A DNA stretch of 64,000 nt from Deltaproteobacteria bacterium (GTDB lineage Bacteria; Myxococcota_A; Polyangia; Fen-1088). Under the pieces are notes generated by a model that saw only the letters and a list, made by a program, of their open reading frames with translations, made no database searches and had not been told where the DNA came from. The DNA lies in contig JANRKS010000001.1 in assembly GCA_033763315.1 (NCBI GenBank), forward strand, positions 1 to 64,000, read 5' to 3'. Shown piece by piece: positions 21,259-30,318 of this stretch. A program made the translations under genes and the position numbers. Positions within the stretch are counted from its first letter, which is position 1; the number at the start of each line of letters is the position of its first letter.

Positions 21259-21502
21259 GGTGACGCCCCCTTATGCCGCACTTTGCCACAAGCGGTGGCG
21301 GGCGTCGTTCGCGAAGTGCCGGAAGCGACGTGTGCCTGCAGGCCTGCTGGTTATGAATCACAGACGAAAACCCCCAAGGGTAAATCATCGGCAGCAGCCA
21401 GCTCAGAATTGAACTAAAAACTGTTCCCCTCGCTACAAATGGCCCACCGTGGCCGTTTCATAGCCGATCGTGGCGTGCGCCCTTGCCGACCAGCTTCGGT
21501 GG

Positions 21503-22546
21503 TCAGAGGTGCGTCGCCAAGACGACGCGGTTCTTGTTGGTGTGCTTGGCTTCGTAAAGCGCTTTGTCAGCGCGTTCGAACAACGTCAGCTCGGTATCGC
21601 CCATTTGGTATTCAGCCACGCCAAAGCTGGCGGTGATCTTCAGCGAAACGCCATCCGAAGCCACGATTGCGTCCTGGATCCCTTTGCGCATGCGCTCGGC
21701 GACGTCCGCCGCGCCCTTGCCGGGTGTGCTGCGCATCAGCAGGGCGAACTCTTCACCGCCATAGCGGAACGCTTCGTCCTCGCGGCGTGCGCCGCGCCCC
21801 AAAATTTCACCCACCACACGCAGCGCCACGTCACCCACCGCGTGCCCGTAGGTGTCGTTGACGCTTTTGAAATTGTCGACGTCGATCACCACCAACGAAA
21901 ATGTTTCGTGGTGCCGCTGCGCTGCCGCGCAAGCCGTGGCGAGGCGCTCGTCGAAATGGCGACGGTTGTAAAGGCCGGTGAGCGGATCTTTCAGCGCGGC
22001 CGAGAGCAGCCGGCGCAAATAGTCCTCTTCAACGCCGTCCATGAGCGAAAATTTCAAGACCGTCCGAGCGCCGACGCGAATGATGTCGTCGCCTGCCAGG
22101 CGGTGACGACGGATCGATTGCGGGCCTATGAACGTGCCGTTGCGGCTGTCCATATCTTCGACGTAAGCGCCCGCAGGGCTGACGATGATGCGAGCGTGAT
22201 TGCGTGAGATGCCGTCGTCATCAAGCGTGAGATCGCATGAATCAGCGCGGCCAATCACGAACGTTCCTGCGACGGGTAGTTTGATCACACGGCCTTCGTG
22301 CGCGCCCGTGAGGATCACCAAATAAGGTGCGCGTGGCACCGTGGGCGCTGTGGGCGTGACGGACACGGACTGGGTCCGTTCATTGGCGTCCTGCTGCGCG
22401 GCCAATCGTTCCAGCGTGCCTTCATCCATGCACGGCAGCGCCACCTCCGTGGTCATCACAGGCGAGACCGTCGTTTCAGGAATGGCTCCCACCGTCTGGT
22501 TCAAAGGCGCGGCAGCGGGTGGGCTTTTGGGTGGGCTGTCTTTCAT
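21503..22546 (-). CDS. FHA-GGDEF diguanylate cyclase
   Basis: FHA IGR..ISRNHA..SRNGT; DPLTGLYNRR, DVDNFK.VND.YGH..GD, RxxD I-site, RYGGEEF. Confidence 0.92.
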   Translation of the reverse strand: MKDSPPKSPPAAAPLNQTVGAIPETTVSPVMTTEVALPCMDEGTLERLAAQQDANERTQSVSVTPTAPTVPRAPYLVILTGAHEGRVIKLPVAGTFVIGRADSCDLTLDDDGISRNHARIIVSPAGAYVEDMDSRNGTFIGPQSIRRHRLAGDDIIRVGARTVLKFSLMDGVEEDYLRRLLSAALKDPLTGLYNRRHFDERLATACAAAQRHHETFSLVVIDVDNFKSVNDTYGHAVGDVALRVVGEILGRGARREDEAFRYGGEEFALLMRSTPGKGAADVAERMRKGIQDAIVASDGVSLKITASFGVAEYQMGDTELTLFERADKALYEAKHTNKNRVVLATHL

Positions 22547-22686
22547 GCCGTTCAAATTCGTTAATGCCGTATAGGGCGTGCGGTGAACGTAGTCATGATC
22601 GCTATCGGCACGGCCACGGAACAACTGTAAGGTCGTTTCGCCCGCCGAGCCAGTTTTGTACCCGCCCCCTGCGCCTCGACGGCAGC

Positions 22687-23781
22687 CTAGGTGTAATCAG
22701 AGGGGTCGCCTGGCATGTCGGGAAGCATTGCGGGCATTTCGCGCGTTTCGTTGCCCGGCTCGCGCAACCCGTATTTCCACAACAGGCGGTAAAAGTGTGC
22801 GCGATCGACTCCGGCGGCGCGTGCGGCGGCACTGACATTGGCGTGGTTGCGCGCCATTTGCCCCTCGAGATAGCGATGCTCGAACGCGCGCAAACACACC
22901 TCGCGTGCTTCTTTGAGCGGCAAACTGAGATCGAGCGCAAACTGATCAAGCGGGATGACGCCCGTGATGTCCATGTCGACGCTGCCGGGTGGGCGCGACT
23001 CGCCCAAGGCGACGCAGCATTCGATGTGGTTGCGCAGCTCGCGCACGTTGCCGGGCCATGGATAACGGCCCAATTCCCGGATAAACGCGGGATCAAGAAG
23101 CAAATTCTCGATGTCGGAGGGAACGTCACCCAGCAGGTTCAAGATGTGACGAACCAAGCCGCTCAGATCCGCAGCCCGCGCGCGCAGCGGGGGTAAGGCG
23201 GCTGAAACAACGGCGAGGCGGAAGAACAAATCTGAGCGGAATGTGCCGCGTTCAACGTCGCGTCGCAGATCCCGGTTCGTGGCGGCAATGATGCGCACAT
23301 CGACCGGTTTATATTCGGTGCTGCCAATGCGCTTGACGTGGCGACGTTCGAGCGCGCGCAACAATTTCGGTTGCAACGAGACGTCCAATTCGCCGATTTC
23401 ATCGAGAAAAACCGTACCTTGGTTGGCCGCCTCAAAACAGCCGGCACGCGCCGCAATCGCGCCTGTGAAGGCGCCCTTTTCGTGGCCAAAGAGCTCGGCC
23501 TCCATCAACTGAGGCGGAAAGGCACCGCAGTCCACGACCACAAAGGGCCCCTTGCGCCGGGGGCTCGACGCATGAATGGCTTCGGCCACGGCTTCCTTGC
23601 CCGTACCGGTTTCGCCTTGCAATAAGATGGTGGCGTCCGACGCGGAAGCCCGGCGCAGGCGTTCAAAAACCGCCTGCATGATCTCAGACGAGCCAACCAG
23701 TTGATCGAACGCACGCATGCCGGCGTTGCGGTCGGGGGTCAAAGGGAGCGTTGGAAATTCGCCTGTTTTCGCCAAAGCCAT
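22687..23781 (-). CDS. Sigma54 enhancer-binding protein lacking an N-terminal sensor domain
   Basis: GETGTGKE, GAFTGA, FLDEIGEL, WPGNVRELRN, Fis-type HTH. Confidence 0.92.
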   Translation of the reverse strand: MALAKTGEFPTLPLTPDRNAGMRAFDQLVGSSEIMQAVFERLRRASASDATILLQGETGTGKEAVAEAIHASSPRRKGPFVVVDCGAFPPQLMEAELFGHEKGAFTGAIAARAGCFEAANQGTVFLDEIGELDVSLQPKLLRALERRHVKRIGSTEYKPVDVRIIAATNRDLRRDVERGTFRSDLFFRLAVVSAALPPLRARAADLSGLVRHILNLLGDVPSDIENLLLDPAFIRELGRYPWPGNVRELRNHIECCVALGESRPPGSVDMDITGVIPLDQFALDLSLPLKEAREVCLRAFEHRYLEGQMARNHANVSAAARAAGVDRAHFYRLLWKYGLREPGNETREMPAMLPDMPGDPSDYT

Positions 23782-23817
23782 CGGATCCTGCTGTTACGCC
23801 CGCGCACGGCAGACGAA

Positions 23818-23834
23818 CGACAAAAACGTTGTCG
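23818..23834. promoter_or_regulatory. Inverted repeat CGACAA-N5-TTGTCG, candidate regulator site
   Basis: Dyad in the divergent region between the sigma54 activator and tonB. Confidence 0.35.
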
Positions 23835-24036
23835 CCTCCGTTTCCCGCTGCGTGACGTGTAGATTCTCGGAAGGCCGGCGCGAAACCTGAAATGGGTTGT
23901 GGTGATCAACCAGGATGGACCTAGTATTGGCCGGGCTGGGCTGCGGGCCGGCCTGGCACGTAAGAGCTTGATAAAGAAGACTGGCGAAAGCACCGATGAT
24001 CTCGAAGCTTGCCCTGCTGGGGCCGCGGGAGACGCC

Positions 24037-24840
24037 GTGCCATTCGAAAGTTTTCTCAAACAGACCAAGAGCAAACGAGGCTTTCTTTTTCACGCCACGA
24101 TTGCGTTCTCGGTATTTGTGCACGCGGGTGCCCTGGCGTGGGCTACGGTTCGATCGATCACCGAAGTGGAAGAGCTACCAGCGCCACACATGAAGGTAAC
24201 CTTCTTGCGGGCGCCCAGCCTTGCGCCCGCGGCGCCCAAAGCGGCGGGTCCCAAAGAAGACGGTGGCCCCCGCAAAATCGCGGCGCCACGACGTGAGGCC
24301 AAACCCAAGCCGGCGCTCACCCAACCTGTGTTGACGCCTCCCGAGCCAACCAAGCCGCCGGAGCCAACGCCACCGGCGCCCGTGGAAGAGCCCGTGGCTG
24401 CGGCGCCGGCCGCGGCGGCTCCATCGACCAACGAGACGGCTGGGGGTGGGGGCTCAGGCACGGGCGTGGCGGCGGGTGGTCCGGGTGGCGGCACGGGCGT
24501 GGTTGGCAATGGCGTGCCTGGCGGCGCCATGGGCGCGGGCAAAGCGCTGCCGCGGAAGATGTTGCCCGAGGCTTTGGGCAAGTTGCAGCGGCTCTCGGGA
24601 GAAAAGCCTACGTTTCCTCCGCAACTTGCGAGGAATGGCTCGCTCTTTGTTGTCATGACCAAAGTGTGTGTGTCGGTTACAGGCTCCGTCGATACCGTCG
24701 ACGTCATGAAGCAGGCCGATCCGCTCTTGGACGCCAACGTCGTCAGCGCCGTGCGCGCGTGGCGCTATAAGCCGCTCATTTCTGGCGATGCGGCGGTTCC
24801 ATTCTGCACGTTCGTGCGGTTCGAATTCCGCTCAGAGTAG
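24037..24840 (+). CDS. tonB: TonB-like energy transducer
   Basis: TM helix with SxxxH (SVFVH), Pro-rich spacer, Gly-rich stretch, TonB-C (AVRAWRYKP); GTG start after GGGAGA. Confidence 0.8.
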   Translation: MPFESFLKQTKSKRGFLFHATIAFSVFVHAGALAWATVRSITEVEELPAPHMKVTFLRAPSLAPAAPKAAGPKEDGGPRKIAAPRREAKPKPALTQPVLTPPEPTKPPEPTPPAPVEEPVAAAPAAAAPSTNETAGGGGSGTGVAAGGPGGGTGVVGNGVPGGAMGAGKALPRKMLPEALGKLQRLSGEKPTFPPQLARNGSLFVVMTKVCVSVTGSVDTVDVMKQADPLLDANVVSAVRAWRYKPLISGDAAVPFCTFVRFEFRSE

Positions 24841-25054
24841 GGCGCGGCTGCCCGTCATGAGCGACCGTTCCGGCAGACCCATCTCTGCTGCTTTGAACGC
24901 GTCATCCGGACAAACATTTGGGACAACAGGGGTTTTGGCTCACTCTAGCCCGGGCGTTTTCTGAAACATTTGTCCTCAAGTGTCAGCACGGCGCGTCCGA
25001 ATGATGCTGAGGGCCGTAGTGCCGCAATTTCTCTTTCTTGGACGAGGTGACAAC

Positions 25055-25888
25055 ATGTTGGGACTAGAAAAACCTCTACCGCGGGTGGCCTTGCTCGCGG
25101 GGGCGTTGTGGTTGGGGGGATGCATCGAGGCTGACAAGCCGGGCACGCCGCGCTTGGTGGCATTTGATGTCATCGACGCCACGGGCTCGGCCGTCATGAA
25201 GGATCCAGACGCCGCCGTGTTCACAGCCACGCCGCGCGCGACCTTCACTGCTGTGTTCGACAATGTGCTCGACTTCACGCAGATCGTGGACGTCGAAGCC
25301 GGGGTGGGGCTGCCGGGCCTGGTCACCATCACAGTCAAAGGGGTGCCGGCCGCGACTTCGACTGTCTATACGCCCAACGGCAGCCAGAAATACCACTTCA
25401 TCACGGCCGCCGGCCCGAACATCTCGGCCACGCCGATGGGCGGGCTGCCTTCAGGTGCGAGCGTTGTGGTGGCGCTGGACGTCGCTCGGTTGCGCGGACA
25501 CAACGGTCAGCCTGTTGTGGTTGACGCCGCCGTGCCTGCTCAGATCTCCTTCGAAACAGCGCCGTTTGGTGTGACAGGTGAGGCAAGCGACATGCCGTTT
25601 ACGCCTGATCACGCGTTTGTCATCACGGCCAGCAACATTCCGGGCGAGACGTTCGCGACCAAGGTGAGCGCCACGAGCACCGTCGGGGCTGTGACCACTC
25701 CTGTGGAGGTCACCGTGACCGCATCGGAAGAAGATCCAACGAGTTTCACCGTGGCACCGATGGCAGGCATGTGGCCTGCGGGGGCCAAGATCACTGTGGC
25801 TGTGGCAGCTGACGCTGCTGATGCCTTTGGCGTGGCGCTGGGTCAGCCAGCTTCCATTGATTTTACCGTGGCGGCGGCGGCGCCGTAG
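25055..25888 (+). CDS. Lipoprotein, probably tandem Ig-like domains
   Basis: RBS GAGGTG; lipobox LWLGGC; beta-rich Val/Thr sequence ending G..L......FT. Confidence 0.7.
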   Translation: MLGLEKPLPRVALLAGALWLGGCIEADKPGTPRLVAFDVIDATGSAVMKDPDAAVFTATPRATFTAVFDNVLDFTQIVDVEAGVGLPGLVTITVKGVPAATSTVYTPNGSQKYHFITAAGPNISATPMGGLPSGASVVVALDVARLRGHNGQPVVVDAAVPAQISFETAPFGVTGEASDMPFTPDHAFVITASNIPGETFATKVSATSTVGAVTTPVEVTVTASEEDPTSFTVAPMAGMWPAGAKITVAVAADAADAFGVALGQPASIDFTVAAAAP

Positions 25889-25934
25889 TCGCGCTTTGCA
25901 CGAACTTACGCGCATGACTGCAAGGAGAAACCAC

Positions 25935-28900
25935 ATGAGTTCCCTATGGAAGCGAATCGCAATTGTGATGTTTGGGCTGATGGTAGCGGACAAAGCGTTC
26001 GCTCAATCGACAACGGGCAACATCTTTGGCCGCGTGGTTGATGAAGTCTCGGGCAAGCCTGTTTCAGGCGTGACCGTTATCGCCTCGGGTCCCCAAGGGG
26101 ACCAAGCTGGCCTCACGGAAGCCGATGGTACGTATCAACTGGCTGTGTTGCCGGTGGGTGAGTACGCGGTCCAGTTTTTTGCCCCGGATTCAACCACGCC
26201 GGTCAACGTGCCTAACGTGGTCGTCTCTGCTGGCCAGCGCGTGCGCGTTGACGGCAAAGTCAACGGTGCGATGACCCCGTCGGAGACGGTTGTGGTCACG
26301 CGTCGTGCGCCTTCCGCTGACTTCGGTACGGCGCGCACGGGTATCACATTCAATGCCGAGACGCTGCAAAGCGTTCCCCTTGAGCGTAACGCTGGCGATG
26401 TTTTGAGCTTGGCCCCCGGCGCCTTCGTTGAAGGCAACACGGGCACCGTAAGCATCGCGGGCGCCACCGGTCTTGAAAACAGCTACGTCGTTGACGGGTT
26501 GAATGTGACTGGCATCGAATATGGTTCGATGCAGGGGCGCGTACCCAACAGCCGCGGCGGCACCAACTTGGTGTTGGACTTCTTGGAAGAGATTGCGATC
26601 AACACGGGTGGTTATGCTGCTGAATACGGCGGCGCGATGGGCGGCGTGGTGAATATGGTCACCAAATCAGGCACGAACCGCTGGAAAGGCACCGTGTTCG
26701 GTATGTACACGCCATCCGCCTTTTATGGCTCACCCAAAGCCGACCTGCGTGTGTCTTCGGCGCTCACGGGGCGCAGCGATTTTAACAGCGATCTCAATTT
26801 TGGGTTTGAGGTGGGTGGGCCACTCATCAAGAACAAGTTGTTCCTGTGGGCAGGCTTTGCGCCGCGCTTGGAAAGCTCCACGTTTCAGCGTCAAGTACAG
26901 GGGCTTGTGGACGCGAACGGCGACGGCATGGCCGACGTCGACGCGGCCGGAAACCCGACCCGCAAGTTGTTGCAATCGAAGGGTTATGATGAGTATCGCA
27001 ATTCCTACCAGATGGGGACCAAACTCACGTACCTGCCCGTCGACAACACGCGCCTCAATTTGTCGCTGTTCACCTCGCCAACGCATTCGCAGTCGATGTA
27101 TCCGCAGAACGCTGCCATTTCGCTCGCGGCGCAGAACCCTTACTCTGGTCAATCGGAGTTCATGCGCAACAACACCGACGTGATCTTGTCGAGCACCACG
27201 CAACTTATGGACCGCAAGTGGCGCATCGACGCGACACTCGGCTTTCACCACGAAACGTTCAAGCGCGACAGCCCGTACCGCGATCTGAACAACCGCAACT
27301 CGCTTGAATATTACGGCACGAGTCTATCCAATTTTGAAAACGTGCCGGGTTGCGCGCCTGTGACCGTTGGCGGAAATACGTTTGATCCGTGTCCCGTGGA
27401 CGCGTACCACACGGGCGGCTACGGCTTGATCGAGCAATCAACGGGCAACCGCACCATGGGTGAGTTGAAGTCAACGCACCTGCTGAACCTCTTCGGCCGG
27501 CACGAGCTGAAATACGGCATCCGTGGCGAGAACAATGAACTTAACTTGAAGCGCCGATACAGCGGCCCCGTGGGCAACCAAGCCGCGATTCAAGATTATG
27601 GTGCGGGCGGCATTGCGGCCTACTCGTTCTTCACCTTGCCTCAAGGTAAGTATCCGTTTGAGTTTGCTTCGGACGCTTCGCCCCTGGCGGGCTCGCCCTA
27701 TTATCAGGACGGCCTGGATGCCACTGTGAAGAACAACACATTCGCCGTGTTCTTGCAGGATGGCTACTCGCCGACCAGCAACTTGAGCCTGAACGTGGGT
27801 CTGCGCTACGAACGACAAAAGCTATTCGACTCAAAGAATGAACCGTTCGCCAGCATGGATAACGTGGGTCTGCGCGCAGGCGCCATCTACGACCCAACCT
27901 CGGAAGGCCGCGCCAAACTTTACACGCACTACGGCCGCTTCTTTGAGACTGTGCCGTTGAATATGTCGGCTCGTTATTTTGGCGGCGAGGGCGTGTTGGT
28001 TCGTCAGTTTGATCCCGCCACGTGTACCACGCCATCGTCGCAATGGTCCGGTTCGGGAGGCGAATTCAACAGCTGCACTTCAGCGGGCACCTTCGCGGCC
28101 AACAACGGCAAGAACTATCCCGTACAGCCCAACATTAAGGGTCAATACCACGATGAAATCGTGGCCGGCGGTCAATGGGAACCCTGGGATGACTTCTTGT
28201 TTGGCGTGAACTTCACGCACCGCTGGTTGCGCAATGTAATCGAAGATGGCACGGCCGTTGATGGCACGTTCGTGTTGGCCAACCCAGGCAACATCCCCCA
28301 AGACGCGTTGGATAAGGCTGACGCTGACGCGATGAAGAAGCAGGCAGAGCTCGACGCCGCCACGCTCGCGATGGACAAGGCTGCGATCGATCGGCTTCAG
28401 AACGAGGTTTCAAATCTGCAATCGCGCTCTGCCAACTTGAAGGGCTTGGCCGCGGCGCCAAAACCAACGCGTCGTTATACGGCGATGACGCTTTCGTTGG
28501 CCAAGCGCCTGTCGAAGCAATTCATGGTGAACGCGCAGTACACGTACGCACGGTTGACCGGCAATCACAACGGCCTTTACGACGCCGATGTGAGCTATGC
28601 AGCGCCCAATGGCAACACCCAATACGATTTGCCGGAGATGTATCTGAATAAGAATGGTCCGTTGGCCAACGATCGCCCGCACTCGCTGCGTGTGACCGGT
28701 TACTACGAGCAGAATGTGGGCCCCGGGCGGTTGACGTTCGGTGTTGTGGCCTCTGCCTATTCAGGCGTGCCTCGAAACTACATCTCAAACCTGAATTACG
28801 GCTATCAGACGTTCTTGTTGCCACGCGGCTCGGCGGGACGTACGCCCACCGTGACACAATTCGATACGAAGCTTTCGTACCGTCAAGCCATCGGCGATTC

Positions 28901-29138
28901 GATGACGATGGAGGTGTTCTTCGACATCTTCAACTTGATCAACTCCCGCACGGCGTTGTTGACTGACGACAACTACACATTCGATCAAGCGGCCCCCATC
29001 GTGGGCGGCACCAAGGCCGACTTGGCCGTGGCGAAGAGCCTGCAAGGCCAGCCTTTGAATGTGAACCCGAACTTCGGCAATGGCCGTGTGTTCCAGGCAC
29101 CACGCTATGGACGTATGGGCTTGCGCTTGACGTTCTAA
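25935..29138 (+). CDS. TonB-dependent receptor, Oar-like
   Basis: RBS AAGGAG; signal peptide; carboxypeptidase-regulatory-like N-domain; plug (ENSYVVDGLNVT, GGYAAEYGGAMGGVVNMVTKSGTN); C-terminal RMGLRLTF. Confidence 0.9.
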   Translation: MSSLWKRIAIVMFGLMVADKAFAQSTTGNIFGRVVDEVSGKPVSGVTVIASGPQGDQAGLTEADGTYQLAVLPVGEYAVQFFAPDSTTPVNVPNVVVSAGQRVRVDGKVNGAMTPSETVVVTRRAPSADFGTARTGITFNAETLQSVPLERNAGDVLSLAPGAFVEGNTGTVSIAGATGLENSYVVDGLNVTGIEYGSMQGRVPNSRGGTNLVLDFLEEIAINTGGYAAEYGGAMGGVVNMVTKSGTNRWKGTVFGMYTPSAFYGSPKADLRVSSALTGRSDFNSDLNFGFEVGGPLIKNKLFLWAGFAPRLESSTFQRQVQGLVDANGDGMADVDAAGNPTRKLLQSKGYDEYRNSYQMGTKLTYLPVDNTRLNLSLFTSPTHSQSMYPQNAAISLAAQNPYSGQSEFMRNNTDVILSSTTQLMDRKWRIDATLGFHHETFKRDSPYRDLNNRNSLEYYGTSLSNFENVPGCAPVTVGGNTFDPCPVDAYHTGGYGLIEQSTGNRTMGELKSTHLLNLFGRHELKYGIRGENNELNLKRRYSGPVGNQAAIQDYGAGGIAAYSFFTLPQGKYPFEFASDASPLAGSPYYQDGLDATVKNNTFAVFLQDGYSPTSNLSLNVGLRYERQKLFDSKNEPFASMDNVGLRAGAIYDPTSEGRAKLYTHYGRFFETVPLNMSARYFGGEGVLVRQFDPATCTTPSSQWSGSGGEFNSCTSAGTFAANNGKNYPVQPNIKGQYHDEIVAGGQWEPWDDFLFGVNFTHRWLRNVIEDGTAVDGTFVLANPGNIPQDALDKADADAMKKQAELDAATLAMDKAAIDRLQNEVSNLQSRSANLKGLAAAPKPTRRYTAMTLSLAKRLSKQFMVNAQYTYARLTGNHNGLYDADVSYAAPNGNTQYDLPEMYLNKNGPLANDRPHSLRVTGYYEQNVGPGRLTFGVVASAYSGVPRNYISNLNYGYQTFLLPRGSAGRTPTVTQFDTKLSYRQAIGDSMTMEVFFDIFNLINSRTALLTDDNYTFDQAAPIVGGTKADLAVAKSLQGQPLNVNPNFGNGRVFQAPRYGRMGLRLTF

Positions 29139-29158
29139 GCGAACGAATCGAACCAATC

Positions 29159-29198
29159 AAACGGCGCGGCTTCTTTGGGAGCCGCGCCGTTTCCTTTT
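29159..29198 (+). terminator. Rho-independent terminator
   Basis: AAACGGCGCGGCTTC-TTTG-GGAGCCGCGCCGTTT hairpin followed by CCTTTT, just after the TBDR stop. Confidence 0.75.
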
Positions 29199-29278
29199 GT
29201 GCCGTGCACGCGTGCTTGGCGTTGTGGCCGGCCGTTGGTTTGTGTGCGCCGCGCGGCGCCGGGCCAAAGTTTGATAGG

Positions 29279-29315
29279 CAAACGGCGCCGGCTTCGGGTG
29301 AAGCGGCGCCGTTTG
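29279..29315 (-). terminator. Hairpin, probable terminator of the convergent ABC operon
   Basis: CAAACGGCGCC...GGCGCCGTTTG inverted repeat about 22 nt past the stop at 29338. Confidence 0.6.
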
Positions 29316-29337
29316 GCACGAGTTGAAGAGGTGATGG

Positions 29338-30318
29338 CTAAGACGAGAGCAACGACTGCGCTTGATCCACCAACATGTGTGAACCGGCGGCGCCTATCAA
29401 CCAGCCCGAGGATTGCTCCGTGCGAAAGTATAGCCGCGGTTGCCCCCGGAACGTGCCCTTCGCCAGATCCATCCAGCCTTGGCGATCCCGGCCCAGCCAA
29501 TACTCAAGGCGGTACAGCACCTGTGGTTCACCCGTGGATGGTGTCTCGCCCGCGCCCAGAGCGTCGTCAACAGGAACGCTGAACGCACCACTATGCCACT
29601 GCTCAACGCTTGTTGCATTGACCTGCAAAGCGGCCTCGGACACCAAGTGGGCCTCGGTGCCTTCAAGGCGCTGGTTCTTAAAGCCAATCGCCGCTTTGCC
29701 GATGGGTGTGATCGTCATGCGATCAAACTCGTGCAGGCCAAAACTGTGTGGCTTGTCTGGACCGAGCGCCCGTTCGGAGAAAGAGTTCATGATCAAGCGG
29801 TTGACCATGAACACAGATCCATCGTCTTCGGCCATCAGGTAAGGCTCAACGGCGCCCGGAGGCGGCGTGGCCAGCCGGTACGTGCGCTCGATGCCGCGCA
29901 CCCTGACCGTCAGGCGGCGTTTTGTCTCTTCAAGGCCGAGTGCTTTGCGGCGCTCGGGTGATAGCTTGCCCAAAGCACGCATCGCTTTAAGAGGCGCAAA
30001 CGCGTTCCATAGATCCTTGGCCAGTTGGCCGCCTTTAAGATCACGGTCCGGAACCTTCTCGGGCGGCACGCCTCGCGCAATGAAGCGTTCGCCCGCCGAA
30101 ACGTGAACGAGGAGATCGCCCGGGTTGGCGGGATCAGGAGACACCGAGTAGTAGCGTTTGCCGTCGAAATATTTCAACGTCTGAATGTCCGAGGAACGCG
30201 CCTCCACGATCACCGCTTCGTTCATACCGATGCTTTGTCGGGTGTGGGAAAGCATAAAGGCAATGGCAAGGGCGCCTGCTGCCAAAGCCCCTTGAATGGT
30301 TGTACCGCGACGGTTCAT
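29338..30318 (-). CDS. DUF4340-like periplasmic protein
   Basis: N-terminal TM/signal, 'KALGL' motif, position after GldG-like gene. Confidence 0.6.
   Translation of the reverse strand: MNRRGTTIQGALAAGALAIAFMLSHTRQSIGMNEAVIVEARSSDIQTLKYFDGKRYYSVSPDPANPGDLLVHVSAGERFIARGVPPEKVPDRDLKGGQLAKDLWNAFAPLKAMRALGKLSPERRKALGLEETKRRLTVRVRGIERTYRLATPPPGAVEPYLMAEDDGSVFMVNRLIMNSFSERALGPDKPHSFGLHEFDRMTITPIGKAAIGFKNQRLEGTEAHLVSEAALQVNATSVEQWHSGAFSVPVDDALGAGETPSTGEPQVLYRLEYWLGRDRQGWMDLAKGTFRGQPRLYFRTEQSSGWLIGAAGSHMLVDQAQSLLSS

Noticed and set aside
21503-22546. Possible Hypr-type GGDEF making 3',3'-cGAMP
   Set aside because: The specificity position is Asp (GHAVGD), as in canonical c-di-GMP synthases, not Ser
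23954-23968. TGGCACG as a sigma54 -24 element upstream of tonB
   Set aside because: GG to GC spacing is 9 nt rather than the required 10, and there is no TTGC; not supportable
24912-24972. AAACATTTG repeated twice between tonB and the lipoprotein gene
   Set aside because: Only 9 bp at 52-bp spacing; no recognisable regulator motif or riboswitch
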